Positions 11,744 to 26,971 of a stretch of 64,000 bases of DNA are shown in pieces (position 1 is the first letter of the stretch; the number at the start of each line of letters is the position of its first letter). The notes under the pieces are model-generated. The model was not told the DNA's origin and made no database searches. It saw only the letters and a program-made list of their open reading frames with translations. This stretch comes from Cycas panzhihuaensis (lineage: Eukaryota > Plantae > Cycadophyta), in assembly GCA_023213395.1 (NCBI GenBank), contig CM041465.1:225191741-225255740 (forward strand). Direction: 5' to 3'. The position numbers were made by a program, and so were the translations under genes.

Positions 11744-14339
11744 TTTTTTGGGGGTTGCATAAAACTTTTTAATCTAGGTCTATTATAAACCATAGTACTG
11801 TGAAGTTCTTTGCATTACCATAATATCTAGATTTTCATGGTATCATAAAGCTTCAAACTTTATGGTACCATAAAGATCTTTATGATATAGACCTCTAATC
11901 ATTAATCATAATGAGACAAGTTATTTTTCTTTATGGGAGGGGCAAAATCGAAATAAAAATTAAGTTTTTTGAGAAAAGTTATAGTATATTATAGGTCACC
12001 TTTACTTGTTGTATAACTTTGTATAATGTAAATGCCCTATAATTGTCTTAACCATATTTTTTTAATGGGTTTTTAGCATGTTATCATTGTGACAAACCAT
12101 AAAAACATCAACTATGTTATGATCAATCTTGTAGAGGAGTTAAATTACTCCTCATAATGGGCAATGTGAGAGTGTCTCCTCAAGATGTGAGGAGGATATT
12201 GAGAGTGCCTTATGTTGGGCCACCTCCTGAATTATGACCTTTCTTAATAATGATTGAGCACATGTATTCATAGCTTAAATTTTCTATAGATGAGGACAAT
12301 GGGACCATTATGGAAGGCACTTGGGATGTTTGTTGGCTACATAAGTTTTTTTGGTGCAAAAACTTATCATATATAACATTCTTTATAGGATCACCCATTG
12401 CTAAAACTTTACGGAGTTTCTTGATAGTTGGATAAATGTAGTTCATTATTGTGAGGCTAGGGAGCATCTAGTGGCCAACATGAGGGCACAACTAGACTAA
12501 ATTTGTATGATAGGGAATGATAGATTCTCCTATTATACACTCTTATAGTGTTGGTTCTTTGACCACTTTCATAGTATTAGGCTAAGAGTAAGGTCACATG
12601 TCATTGGTGTAGGGGCCCATTGGTGCATAGGTGGCCATAGAGGTTTTAGAGCCTTAGGGTAGTAGAGCAAGTGAGTAGGATCATCTTTGTAGAGTCCTTA
12701 GTAGTGGTAGGGATGGGTAGGTATATTACTAAGCCATACATTATTATACATTGGGATTTTGATATGGAGGAGGAGGTTGAACCTATAGAGGATAGTGGTA
12801 GAGTTAGTGGTGAGAGACCTACATAGATAATCATAATTATAGCACTCAAGGAGGCACTTGAGGGTAGTAAAATAGATTAGGGTAGAGGCCCTAAGCAGGG
12901 TAATGATGAGGAGGGCATAATAGATTGTATAGTCTTATCTCTTGCTTATGTCTTTTGTAGCTTTAATTTGGTTTTGGTTTCATTATTATTAATGCTTATA
13001 GCTTATGTAGTGACTGATTTGGTCATGGTTTTCTTATCATAGGAGGAGGATAGATATCCAAATTCACTCGGTAGGTACTCAACCCGTTATTCCCTATGGT
13101 ATACATAAAGGGGCAACTTCTCATTGTTAATACAGATAGGCCTATGATTGCATGACCATACATAGTAGCATATGCTCCTATAGTGAGGGCCATAATAATG
13201 TGAGGAGTTGAGAGAGAAGAGTTGTAGGTAGTTAGCTCCTAAAGGGATTCTACCATCACCTAGTTATAGGAAATGATGGTTCAAGTAGTGGGACAAGATG
13301 GATAGGCACTATAGGTAATGCTTGTACCTACAATGGTGCCCCCAATACAATTCATACTGGGAACATAGGTTTGGATAGTAGTGTTGTATGTGTAACTAGC
13401 CTTTTTTACTACAAGAAGGCATCTGACATAAGTCACCTATGAGAGGATAATAGAGCATGCAATGGAGAGGTCCTCTAGTACCCACACAAGGACCCATACA
13501 ACCACCATAATATGGAGGGGGAAAAGAATGCAAGGGAGGAATGAGGCTAGTGAGGTCGGGCCTTTAATGCAGTGATGAGTTGTGAGCCCCACGAATAACT
13601 TAGAGACACCTCCATAAGAGTGATGGTCATGGGGGATACCCATGTGTGTATTTGTATTATTTTGGGAGAGGCAAGTTGACTTCGTGATGGTAGGGTGTGC
13701 ATTCTTACTTACTTATTTGTGCCTTCTGTATACCCTTATGAAAGCACCAACTCCCTTAACATGTTATACACATACTTTTGTTGGATATATCGATTTGGGG
13801 ATGCCAATTTGAGTTCCCATATTATGGCTAATATTTGGTTCAGATTTTATTGCTTTGTTTAAGCTTATATATCACGCATGCACCTTTTGCTTAATCATAT
13901 GGATGGTTTATAATGCACATATGGCATTGAAAAATAGAATAGTTTATTCTCAATTTTAGAGATTTGGTAAATACATATACACACACATACATATATATAT
14001 ATACATTTTTTTCTTTTTGGTTTTTTGTTGTTTATATTTTCTTTTATTGTTTTGAGAATAATATAATTAAGTGATAGTTTATGCTTATGATGGAATATAA
14101 ATTCCTATTTATACTAAAAAGGAGTGTAGTGCCTCCTAAGAGTTGCCTATGGGAATGGATTTTTGCTCAATATGGGACATGGGTTGCAGAAGGTGTGAAA
14201 CATTGGTTGCTATAATAAGCATGCAATACAATGATTTGATCATCCTAGTTTGACCTCTTCAATAATTAGTTTAGATGGGATTTTTTTGTTGTGCCTACCA
14301 AGGTTGGATTGCCATTCTTTTACCTCATTAATAACCTAA

Positions 14340-17300
14340 GGTTATAAGGGATTACTTGTTTAGAGCTTATGGTGGAGCATGTATAGTTTAAGCTCATTTT
14401 AGAGCATGAGTTATAGTTTAGGTTCATGCTAGAGTAATTATGACCATAGTCAAAGGTAGAATTTTTTGAGAAATTATCCATTAATAGATTCTTTAATTTG
14501 ATGCCTTTAGGAGTGGCATTTTGATAGGAACCATTAGATAGATCCTCTAAGACCATAAATGACCCTACCCATTTAGGAGTGAATATGGATAAGTGGTTAT
14601 ATAAATACTCAAGTTTGAGGACTTTGTCCTTGGGGATGAACTTATGGGGTTGCATGTGCTTATCATAGGATTTTTTAGCATTGACCTTAGAAGTAAGATT
14701 CTTATAATAAATGGTGAGATGAGTCTCACCTAAGGCTTCCAAGTCTAGAAGGCAGGCTTAGTGGTGCCATTATTCATTGATGAAATCTTTCATTGAAACC
14801 CTAAGAGACAGTATTTTTATTTCAGGTGGAAGGACTACTTCCAACCTATAGACAAGAGAGAAGGGTGGTATCCTAGTGGTAAGTTGAATGGACATTTTAT
14901 AGGAGCATAGGGTGTGATACATTTGAATGTGCTAGACTCGTTAGGAATTTAACACTATTTTCTTTAAGATTGATATTAGGATTTTGTTGAATGCCTCAAT
15001 TTGCTCGTTTGCCTAAGGTTAATAGGGCAATGAGTTCTTATGTATAATGTGAAACTTATTGTATAGTTAATCCACCCCCTTATTATATAATGGGATTTAA
15101 TTAGAGATAATCTAGATATTTAAGACCCCAAAATGACAAATAATATGTTGAAAGATGAGTGTGGTAACAACCTTTCCTATAATTTAAGGATAGAGGGATT
15201 ACCTTCACCTACTTGGTAAAATAATACATTGTAATCAAGATGAATTTATGCTTCGAGAAAGATGGGAGAATGATAGTCCCAATTAGATCTAAACCTAATG
15301 GTAAAAGGACTAGGGGGACATAATTCCATGCAAGGCCTTAGAAGGCTATCAGACAACATTGGAATGCTCTTGGCACTTTTTATATTTTTGTATGTAGACA
15401 TGGGCATCTTTGAACAATGTGGACCAAAAGAAGCCCATTAATCAAATTCTTTGGGTCATTAATTGCCTATCAAAGTGCCCTCCATATATGTATTATGGTA
15501 TCTATAGAGAATCTATTGTGTTTCCTCAACTTTAATGCACTTGAGAAGGACCCCTTTATATGACCTCTTATATATTATATCTCAAATGAGGAAGTATTAT
15601 TGGGTTGTGATTCTTATTTATTCCTTTACCTTATCACTTATATCATCAAGATTAGCTTGGCAGTTCAAGTATCATATAATGTTGTCATATCATACATCAT
15701 TAATAGGTCTTTGTCTCTTGATTTACCTTAGGGCCATGATGGCCTCATCAAGCACAATATCATCCACTAGAGTGTTAGCTAGATTAGAGAGAGGCACGTG
15801 ATCCAACTATTTTGCCATGACCATTTCTATTTTCAATTTTATGTTGATGATTTAGAGATCATACTCCTATAAGAGCACTTCCAATTTGCCTACTCACCCT
15901 TTGAGGTCAAATTTTATTAATAGAAAATGAAAGGGGTTAGATTAGACTACGACTTTTGCCATGTTCCCTAAGAGATAGTGCCTCAATTTCTTAGTGGTGT
16001 ACACTAGGGTGAGGCTTTCTTTTTTTGTGGACATATAATTGAGATCCATTTGCATAAGAATGTAGATAATAAAATAGATAATATGTTCTATCCTTAAACC
16101 ATCCTTCTTAGCCAGCATGGCTCTGATTAACTCACTTGTGGAGGATGCGTACAAGATGAACTACTTGTTAAATCAATGAGGGGCCAAGATAAGGGCAGAG
16201 GCCAAGCCTAATTTAAACTCTTCAAAGGCATATTGAGCTATCAACATCCAAAAAAAATAGATCCCTTTTTTAGGAGGCTGGTAAGGGGTTTAGCATTTAT
16301 GGTGAAGTTAACTAAAAAGCACTAAAGGAAACCAAGTCTCCTAAAGAACAACTTAATTTGCATTTTATTTTAGGGAAGGGACATCTCAATGATCACCCTT
16401 ATTTTTTCAAGATTGACTTTAATCTTATGTTTTAACATGATAAATCCTAAGAGATTCCCTATAGTGACAATGAACATGTACTTATATGGGTTAAGACTAA
16501 CATGGTATTTTTGACACTTTAAAAAGATCTTCCTAAGGTTAGTGGGATGATCCTTCCTTTTATACAATAACCCAAATATGTCATCCATATGCACTTCAAG
16601 AATTTTGTTGATGTAGTCATGGAAAATGAAGTACATGGCCCATTATATTTTTTTTAAGGCTAAAGGGCATTACTACATAAATGAAAGTGCCTCATAGGGT
16701 TATGAAATCTACCTTGTGATGATATTCAAATGAATTCTAGATTTGATTGTATCCTAAAAAGCTATCCATGATGGAATTAACCTCAAATCTTTCCATCATA
16801 TCCATAATCTAATCGATGAAGGGTAGGGGGAAGTTATCCCTAACGCAGTCATTGTTGATGTCGTGGAACTCTATACAAATGTTAATTTCCCCATTCTACT
16901 TCTCCATAGGGACAATGTTAGATACCCAACATTGTTAGTCATTATATTCTATAAGGCTAGCATTATATAGATTCTCAACTTCCATTTTTATAGTGGTTAA
17001 GAGTTTGGAGTAAATAAGATGTTACTTTTACCTCACAGGCTTAGCTCCATGAATGGTTGTCAGGTTGTATGTGATGACCTTAGGGTCTATGCCCTTCATA
17101 TTAGTATAGTCCTAATTAAAGATACCTTAAAACTCTCAAAAGAGCTTTATATACTCAGTAATTTCATTAGGAGAATATTTTACCCCCACTTTAATGAACT
17201 TTCCTAAGGCTATAATGATGTTAATAGTTTCTCCTTAGAGAAGAATGTTCCTTTCCTTGAACTAAGGAAGATCTTGGTTAATGGATAGGTTAGATATAGG

Positions 17301-17950
17301 TTTCATCATAGTAGACCTAGCAGGAAGGGATCCAATGGCTAGGCACTTTTAGGATCCTAGCTTATGGTGGTTTTGATGGAGGTTGGGGGCAAGTCCTATG
17401 AGATGCTCCAAGAGCACTTCATCATTCTCAAGTAATCAATTCCATAAATCACTTTTACTTGAGCAATAAGTTGTGGATCTTGAGGAGGAGGGATAGTATT
17501 AGTCAACTTACCAATCAAAGAAGGATAAGGAGTACTCTGATGAAGGAGACCTATGGTGGTGATGAAAAATATAATCCTATTCAACATGAAGTTGAGGTTA
17601 GGTAAGAGGAGGTTGTATAGCCTCAAGATCATAATTAAAGATAGGAGGGCTATGAAACATGTCATGGGCAGATAAAAGAAGGGACTCATAAATGATGGAC
17701 TCAATATGCAAGAACATGAAATTAGAATTTGATTTAAAAGTATAAATTAGAGGGACTTAGGAAGGGTGAAGCTGTATGATCATTAAGTCAAAATAATCCT
17801 AAACTTAGACAATTATATTAATGGTTTTAGGAGGGGGAGCTTAGTGAGAAGTTCTTCTTAACAGGATATTGTTTTGAATCCAAATGAGGATCAGGGTGAT
17901 GTAGTGAGTATAGGGACTAAGGCATACATAATACACCTTGTGGCTTTGAT
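14340..17950 (-). mobile_element. Decayed non-chromovirus Ty3/Gypsy (Athila/Tat-like) pol: RT, RNase H, integrase
   Basis: RT IFHDYINKILEVHMDDIF...LNPYKYMF (16370-16636); RNase H ESLTLVYTTKKLRHYLLG (15942-16154); integrase C-terminus KKSYDK...FTPKWVGSF (14320-14742). LTRs not resolved. Confidence 0.8.
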
Positions 17951-18399
17951 CAAGTTTTAATGATTAATAGCTTAATTGCCTTGGATTTCTAAAACCCTAA
18001 GCATATCATTGAAGTAGGTTAAAACCTCTAGGGTAGTTGACTATAAAAGAGTGCTTAGAATGGGTTGAGAAGGGGTTGGAGAAACATGGTCCTTTCTTAA
18101 TAGAGGAGAATATGTTACATTTTTATATCCTAAATGGATTAAAATAAATAAAGTAAGAATGTGTTCTTGTATCCATACATAGCCTAGCATAGTGGTATTG
18201 AAGGTAAGGTCTCATCCCTAAGACCTAAGTTTGAGTCTTATCTGAGGTTAATACTTGTTTGGGGGCTTCTAAGGTGGTGGTCTTCAACTAGTACTAGGCA
18301 TAATGATGTTTGAGTTTCACCTAATAATGTTGGACTATATATAGATGGTACTATTCTAGGAGGAGTAGCGGTGATCGTAAGAATGTTAACACCTCTAGG

Positions 18400-18598
18400 T
18401 GATTAAGGGAAAAAAAATATTATATTCCTATAACCTAAGAAATATAGTGACTTTAAATAAAATTAAAAAGGATCAAAATAAGCCATTATATAAAGGCTTA
18501 CTCATTAGATTTTATAATCATGATTCTATTTTGATTTAGAATTTATTCCTTTAATAACTCTTAGGGGTGAGGATGTTTTGGCTATAATAATAATAATA

Positions 18599-18654
<56 letters not shown>

Positions 18655-20150
18655 AGAATTTCCTTTCTGTTTGAAGTTTTAGGTTAATCACACTATACTC
18701 CTAGTATGATGTTAACTCCTCATACTAACATTGTAAACATTAGGGATTATAGAGTGTAATTAGACATTATCAAGGAGACTTTTGAGTATATATAACACCA
18801 TATGGTAGGGTTTTATTTCTAGTGATGGATACTTAGAATTGATTAAGTTATGTGATGTGAAGATCTATTTTCTTAGTTGTTTATCAATTAATAAAATTGT
18901 GTGCACTTCCACCATTAATCAAGAATATTACCTTTGTGTTTTTCATTGGTCTTTTAAGATATAAGTCTTGAGGAGAGTTTAAAGCCTTAATTATAGTAGG
19001 TAAAGAAATTTTAATGCTAAAATTATTTTGTGAGCCCTCTAAAATAAGATCTTCATTAACACATTCCTCGTTGTTTGTATAGTCCTTAATTTCTTCTTTT
19101 GTTATAGGCTAATCATTCTCCATCACATATAATTCCTTTTAAGTATTCTTAATAGAATGTTTATGATCCTTGGTCCATTTTTCATTACATCTAAAATAGG
19201 TACCTTTCTTAAGGTGCTCATCCCCTATATGTGGTTGATAGTTCCCTTGATCTTTCAAGAGCACTAAGTCCTTAAATTGATTACTATGCTGTGAAATTAT
19301 TGAGATCATACCTTCTTGTAAGAAGGATTGTATTTAATTCTACCTTAACATTCCTAATTATTACCATTACCTATTAGAGGTTAAAAACCCTTAAGGTTTT
19401 TAGCCTATAATAGATATTTACTTTGAGTCCTCAGGGATATATTTCTAATAATAGCTAATTATATATCTTAGTAGATAGCATGCTCTATATATTTTAAAAT
19501 TCTTCTATGTATTATTACATAGTTCTAGTTTGTTAAATATAATGAAGTCTGGAGTACTAATCCTTATCCCAAATATCCTTTTATATTTCTCATAGATTGT
19601 AATATTGAGAATTTATAGTTAAATTATATAGTACTCTTATAATTCTTATGCCACAAATTAAGCCCTTATGATTCAATAGTGTTCAAGTTTAAGGACACAA
19701 ACAATTTTTTTTCTCTACTTAAACATGGGTAGATATCAAAACAATTCTATATGTTTTCTAGCCATGCTTATAGATCCTAGCCTTTGCCTAGATCAAGAAA
19801 TTCTAGTTAGACCTTCATATATTTAAGTATTGAAATTTCCTTCCCCTTAATTTCCTTTGGTGGGATTTTCTAGTTTTTAATAAATTATTCATCTTTTAAT
19901 ATGCCTTTCCCCTTTCTAAGGCATGGGACTTTATCCGCATCCTCTACTAGATGAAACATATCATCACAGAGTTTATCTACTATGTTTTGTAATGATTTCA
20001 TTAAATCCAATAGAGATATTACTATATATACAGATTATTGGAGCTCTTCGATTTATAATGAGTTCTTCAACCTTTGGTGCCATGTTTCTTTTTGAAAAAA
20101 GAGTGCTTTGTGCACTCCGAATGGGAATTTTCCTTTATTTTTAAGTATTA
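18400..20150 (-). mobile_element. Decayed Ty3/Gypsy (chromovirus-like) gag and protease fragment
   Basis: HLKKGTYFRCNEKWTKDH (about 19170-19220) is a CCHC-like Gag motif; FLINGGSAHNFIN (about 18890-18930) is a protease motif. Confidence 0.65.
18584..18652. repeat. (AAT)n/(ATT)n inverted trinucleotide microsatellite inside Gypsy remnant
   Basis: Seen directly. Confidence 0.9.
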
Positions 20151-20164
20151 GTTCCTAAATGGAG

Positions 20165-20649
20165 CTTTAGAATGTTATTAACTTAATTATTTTTGTGAAG
20201 AAATATACATACATATTTCCTTAACTATAAGATTTTAATCATGTATAGCAAGCATCCATAGAATAGTACACAAGTATTTACATAGAGATTTAGAATGTTA
20301 TTTACGTAATTTTTTTTGTGAAAAAACATACATACATATTTTCTTAACTACAAGATCTTAATCATGCATAACAAGCATCCATGGAATAGTACACAGGTAT
20401 TTATATGGAAAACTCTTATGAATAAAAACCTACAGTTGAACATAGAAAGATTGATTATATTGAACATAGTTTAGTCTTGTGACTTATCAGGATTACTTGA
20501 CCTTGGTGGCTAGGCCTACTAGGGAATTTATCGTGACTCTTTGTCACATCTCATTGAATTTTTTATCCTCATGTCTCTTTATATCTCTAGGTTAATCCAC
20601 ATGAGTCTTTAGCTTGACATGAAGTTAGCCTCAATCAAGTTTACTAACA
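20165..20649 (-). repeat. LTR-like sequence with ~122-bp terminal tandem duplication
   Basis: Two copies of TTTAGAATGTTATT...GAATAGTACACA.GTATTTA. Ends AACA at 20649 next to TCCCCCCCTTAA, a minus-strand PPT. Confidence 0.6.
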
Positions 20650-22790
20650 TCCCCCCCTTAATACGAATGTGGGATTATAACTTCCAATCAACTTTATTAT
20701 TATAAGTGAAAGCAAGAATTATCCTTGTTGTCATATTTACATCTAACACATCCCCCGTCAAGGAAAATTTTGCTAAATTTGAACTAACACACAAAGTCTT
20801 TTGAGATGCTATGATTTAACTTCTTTGCATGCCACACACTTACAAAGGTCTCCATACCTTCAAATGGGATCAATTTCCTCTTTTCAATGGTTCTTTTTAT
20901 GTTGAACTTACTTCATATGGGTTTTGCATCAGCTTTTAGCTTTTTAAGTGGCTTGGTTTTTTTTTTTTAGAATAGGCTCTATTCATAGATGGGGCTTCAC
21001 ATGCCTCGAACATAACCCTTTGTGGCTTTAACATACACCCATCCAACCTCCTATACCACAACATAGTTTCAATGCAACTTAAATGTCAATAATGGTCTCC
21101 ATAACATAATGTTTTTTACTTAATAAGTAAACCTATATTTGAATAGATATATATGAAATACCTCTCTTTAAACACTTGAACATGGTCTCTTAAATTTCTA
21201 GTTTAGTTTACTTTTACTTTAGTGGCTCTTAGAGATTTCATAGATCTCATCATGGCCTTAACACTTTTTTAGCATTCACATGGCCCACACATGCACCTTC
21301 ACTAACCAAACACTTCACATGCAACTTTTGAAGTATCACATTCTCTAACTTGGTTTATACATACATCAATGGGTCTTCTAAAGGCTTTAGAAGGCTATTA
21401 AACCCTTTTAAATTGTGTTTGCTTTGTTAAGAAAGTTTTACACATTTTGAATTAGTAAATATGGCTCCTTGCTTCAAAATACACAGGTGTGGCCTCTATG
21501 ATCAACTCCCCAAAGGTTTCCATAATAAATACAACCTCACACCTATTTGACACTTCTCTAAATTGCATCTATTTTTTAGAAAACATCTTTGCAAGACTAA
21601 TCTTCCTAAGTCCATCAACAAGTATTATACTAGCATCATTTGAGGTCATCACTTAAGTGTAATAGGATTCAACTTCCTTATCATCGTCAACATCTTGTCA
21701 TGCCTCTTGCATGTCCCTTTTTTTAAACTAATGATTTCTCCATATGACCAATTTTTTTGCAATAGTTATATTTTTCTAAAGAATTTCTTCTCTTCTCTTA
21801 ATTTTTTTGGACTTCTGCACACTTTTCTTTGCCTTTATACCTCCTTTCTTTTACAACTTTATGATTAAGATTTGATTGGATTCAGAATTGTTCAGTAAAC
21901 CATGGTGCTTCAATTTAGCATCCTCGGTTACAATAAAACTCTTTAATTCCTCAAATGATTCACCCTCCATTACTTCATCCCTTGTATAGATGGTCTCGAA
22001 GGTTCCAAATATTGTTGATAGTTTTAATATAATTAATATAAATAATAATACATTATCTATTGAGCTAAACTTTATCTCCTCTAATTTCTTCCTTAAATTT
22101 GTTATTTTGTTCAAGTAAGCACTTATGTTACTTTCATCTTTCATTGTTGTATTGAGAAACCTTATCATTAAAGCAACATGATAATTTGTCTTCTGCTCAA
22201 ATGTGTACCATATTTTCATCCAGATGTCATTAAGTGTATCTAAGTTGTACAAAATGGTTGTTTACTATAGAGCCAATGATAATTTAAGGAGTCTAATAGC
22301 CACAAACTTTTTTTTTTTCTAAACAAGATCTCTTCTTTTTATTTATAGTGTGGCCAATAACTCATCTTTAGTGATTCCTCATAATTGATTAACCATCACA
22401 GTGATTTCCATACTTGTTTTCTATTTGTAGAAGTTGTTTCCATTGAATATTATAGTCAACAACTTCTCCATGGTCACAATTCTATTAAATAAACAAGAAA
22501 TAATCTCCTTGTAATATTTTGCTCCCATTAAATCAGATTATTTCCACTATTTTTATATCAAAACATCAATTTGACACTAAATTCCCCTTAAATATGACCT
22601 GCATACTTTAAATATATTTCTCAAGCTTTAAATTATATTTAACCACTCTTCCATGACCTCTACGTTCACTAAATGTGACTTAAAAGAGTTTTAATAGATC
22701 CTTATTCACCTCATGATCTTCAAACAACTCTTAAATAGTTAAACAAGTCTCACACAACCTTTCAATTGTCTTTCAACTTGCTCTACACCA
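20650..22790 (-). mobile_element. Second gag-only Copia-type element, internal region (decayed)
   Basis: MEKLLTIIFNGNNFYK*K from about 22470; UBN2-like ORF 21851-22252; zinc-knuckle remnant YNYCKKIGHMEK at about 21735-21770; no PR/INT/RT before the PPT at 20650; degenerate PBS GCTCTACACCA at 22780-22790. Confidence 0.6.
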
Positions 22791-23320
22791 ATATTTAATG
22801 ACTTTGGAGTATCTTGAAACTTTGGCATGGTGGCTTATGCTTTTTGTTACTTCTTATGATACTTTGAATTTACACGGTAGAAAAACAAAATTTTAAAAAC
22901 ACCTTCCATGGTCATGTTTTTTGGGTTTCGACCTCTTAAAATTTACCTCTCCCTGCCCCCTCAAATTTTTTTAATTAATTTAATTTGATTTTAATTTATT
23001 GTGAAACTCACATACTTTCATATATGCCACCTCTGTATCTCCAAATGTCTATGGTATGGTGATCAAATGTCTCTAGTATCTACACTGTAATCTTCCCCCC
23101 AAATGGACTCCCCGCCAATGAAAAACGTTTTGAGCTCCTTCATGATCTTCTGATACCATTCTTCATCAGGCACCAAATCATCATTATAAATAGAATCATA
23201 AGGGTATTCTTCGTAGTTTACGATGGGTCTATCATTAACCAGTGATGCTGGCATCATCTAAATAATGAGTTGTTCATCTCACACTATTTTATCTATCTTC
23301 TCCAAGGCCAATCTCATGGT

Positions 23321-23891
23321 TCCCACATGTAAGAAATAGTTTGGGGTTATGAAATGCAAGTCTTAGATCAACAGGCAAAACTCTCAATGATTACCACTCT
23401 CTCTACAATAATTTTCTTTCCCATGTTTATCACCCAATATCTGAGGAATATGGACCGCTTACCATACATTGCTACATTGGTTCTTACTTTATAGAAATCC
23501 TAACGCCCTGCATTCAGTGTAATTGCCCATCCAAAGTGATCTATGAATGGTGAACCACTGGATCCACCACTCCTCCCTGAAGCTGCCTACATATAAACAA
23601 TATTGAGATCCTAGTATCTGGAAGGCAACTATAATGGAACTTCTCAATCCATTCGGGCAAGAGGAATTTCGTTCAACCCCGTATAGGGAACAGCTTCAGG
23701 ATCGTAGTGGAAGAACCCAAAATCATGGACAAGGTCAATATACAGAGGATAAAAAGGGATTTCCTGGTTATCTGAGAAATGATCGGACCATTAATTATGA
23801 AGGCCATCTCATCGCTTGCACATGGAAGTTCCGTATTGAAACTCCTAGCTAAATGATATGATAGAGGATGAATAACGTTGTCACCCACTTC
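23321..23891 (-). pseudogene. DEG7: Intronless, deleted and rearranged DEG7/Nma111-like HtrA serine protease pseudogene
   Basis: Minus-strand translation gives VIHPLSYHLARSFNTE, EIPFYPLYIDLVHDFGFFHYDPEAV..EIPLA, YM*AASGRSGGSSGSPFIDHFGWAITLNAG, AVHIP and *DLHFITPNYFLHVG, all matching plant Protease Do-like 7 motifs recalled from the family. Confidence 0.85.
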
Positions 23892-24476
23892 GTTGACTAT
23901 CATAGATTTCAACTTGCTCTTCTTAGGCTCTATCTTCTACATATGGTTTACCCATTTCAACTTATGACTTATTTTTTTCACATGTAATAAATTTGGACTT
24001 GGTACTAGGTGGAATAGGAAGTAAACTACAACCTCACGTAACATTATGTCTAGGAATACTTCTCGAGATCTGCCCTATTACTAGTATTAGGCTTGAGTCT
24101 ATTATCTCCATTTTAACATAATTATTTATTTTTCAATAGAACTCAACTTGTATCATAGATATCTAACATGTCTCTACTCTACCATATCATATAGAAATGA
24201 GGTTTATTTGGCTTTGAATGGACTATGTTCCTCACAGTCTAACAATTTCTACCTATGACATTCTTTAATAATCATTTTTATAGCTTCAAACAAGAATAAT
24301 CACGTCTTATATTATGCACACATGCCTATCCTTTGTATAAACAAGGCTTGGACTCTTCCAAAGTCTTGAGTGTCTCTTTTATGATGTTTAATAGTGACTA
24401 GAGGTCATGAATGAATAAAAATTATGCAGAGAACAATTTATTTCTTCTTCTTCTTTTTTGTTCTTTAATTTATGAA

Positions 24477-26528
<2,052 letters not shown>

Positions 26529-26971
26529 TCTAAATTCTTTTTCTACCATTATTTTTCATCTACCTTATTTTAACAAGGACATCACATTTACCATTTTTCA
26601 CTATGTTAGTTTTAACACTTACTTTTAAGGGAAAATAGCATACAAACATCCCACAAGTCCCATAACTAAAAATTTTATTACATAATCTCAACTACATCAT
26701 CTTAACAAGTATATCACATTGATTCTAATGTATAAGTTAGATTCTTATATAAAATTTTTAGTCAAACAATTTAAATACATCCCATATGGGCTTGTTTATG
26801 ATCAAAGGGTTAATGGGATATAGAACCCCCTACTCTCTCCCACCCTTTTGCATCATTCCCCAACTCTTTAGTCTTATTCTTTTTATCTAATCTCTTTTTA
26901 TTTAAACCCCTTCTTCTTCCCTAATCCCTCGTCTTCAAGTCCCTTTCTCTTAACTTATATGTTTTTATACA

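Noticed and set aside
9300-13700. Short ORFs and gag-like traces
   Set aside because: Probably retroelement debris, but motifs are too decayed to call.
13738-14300. Possible minus-strand PBS (TGGTGCTTTCAT or TGGCATCCCC) and LTR after the Gypsy integrase, implying tandem elements
   Set aside because: No second LTR copy, clear PPT or TSD was found, so boundaries cannot be supported.
23634-23852. Plus-strand 72-aa ORF; the region initially looked like an endogenous virus
   Set aside because: It is antisense to the DEG7 protease motifs, and no caulimovirus or other viral hallmark motifs were seen.
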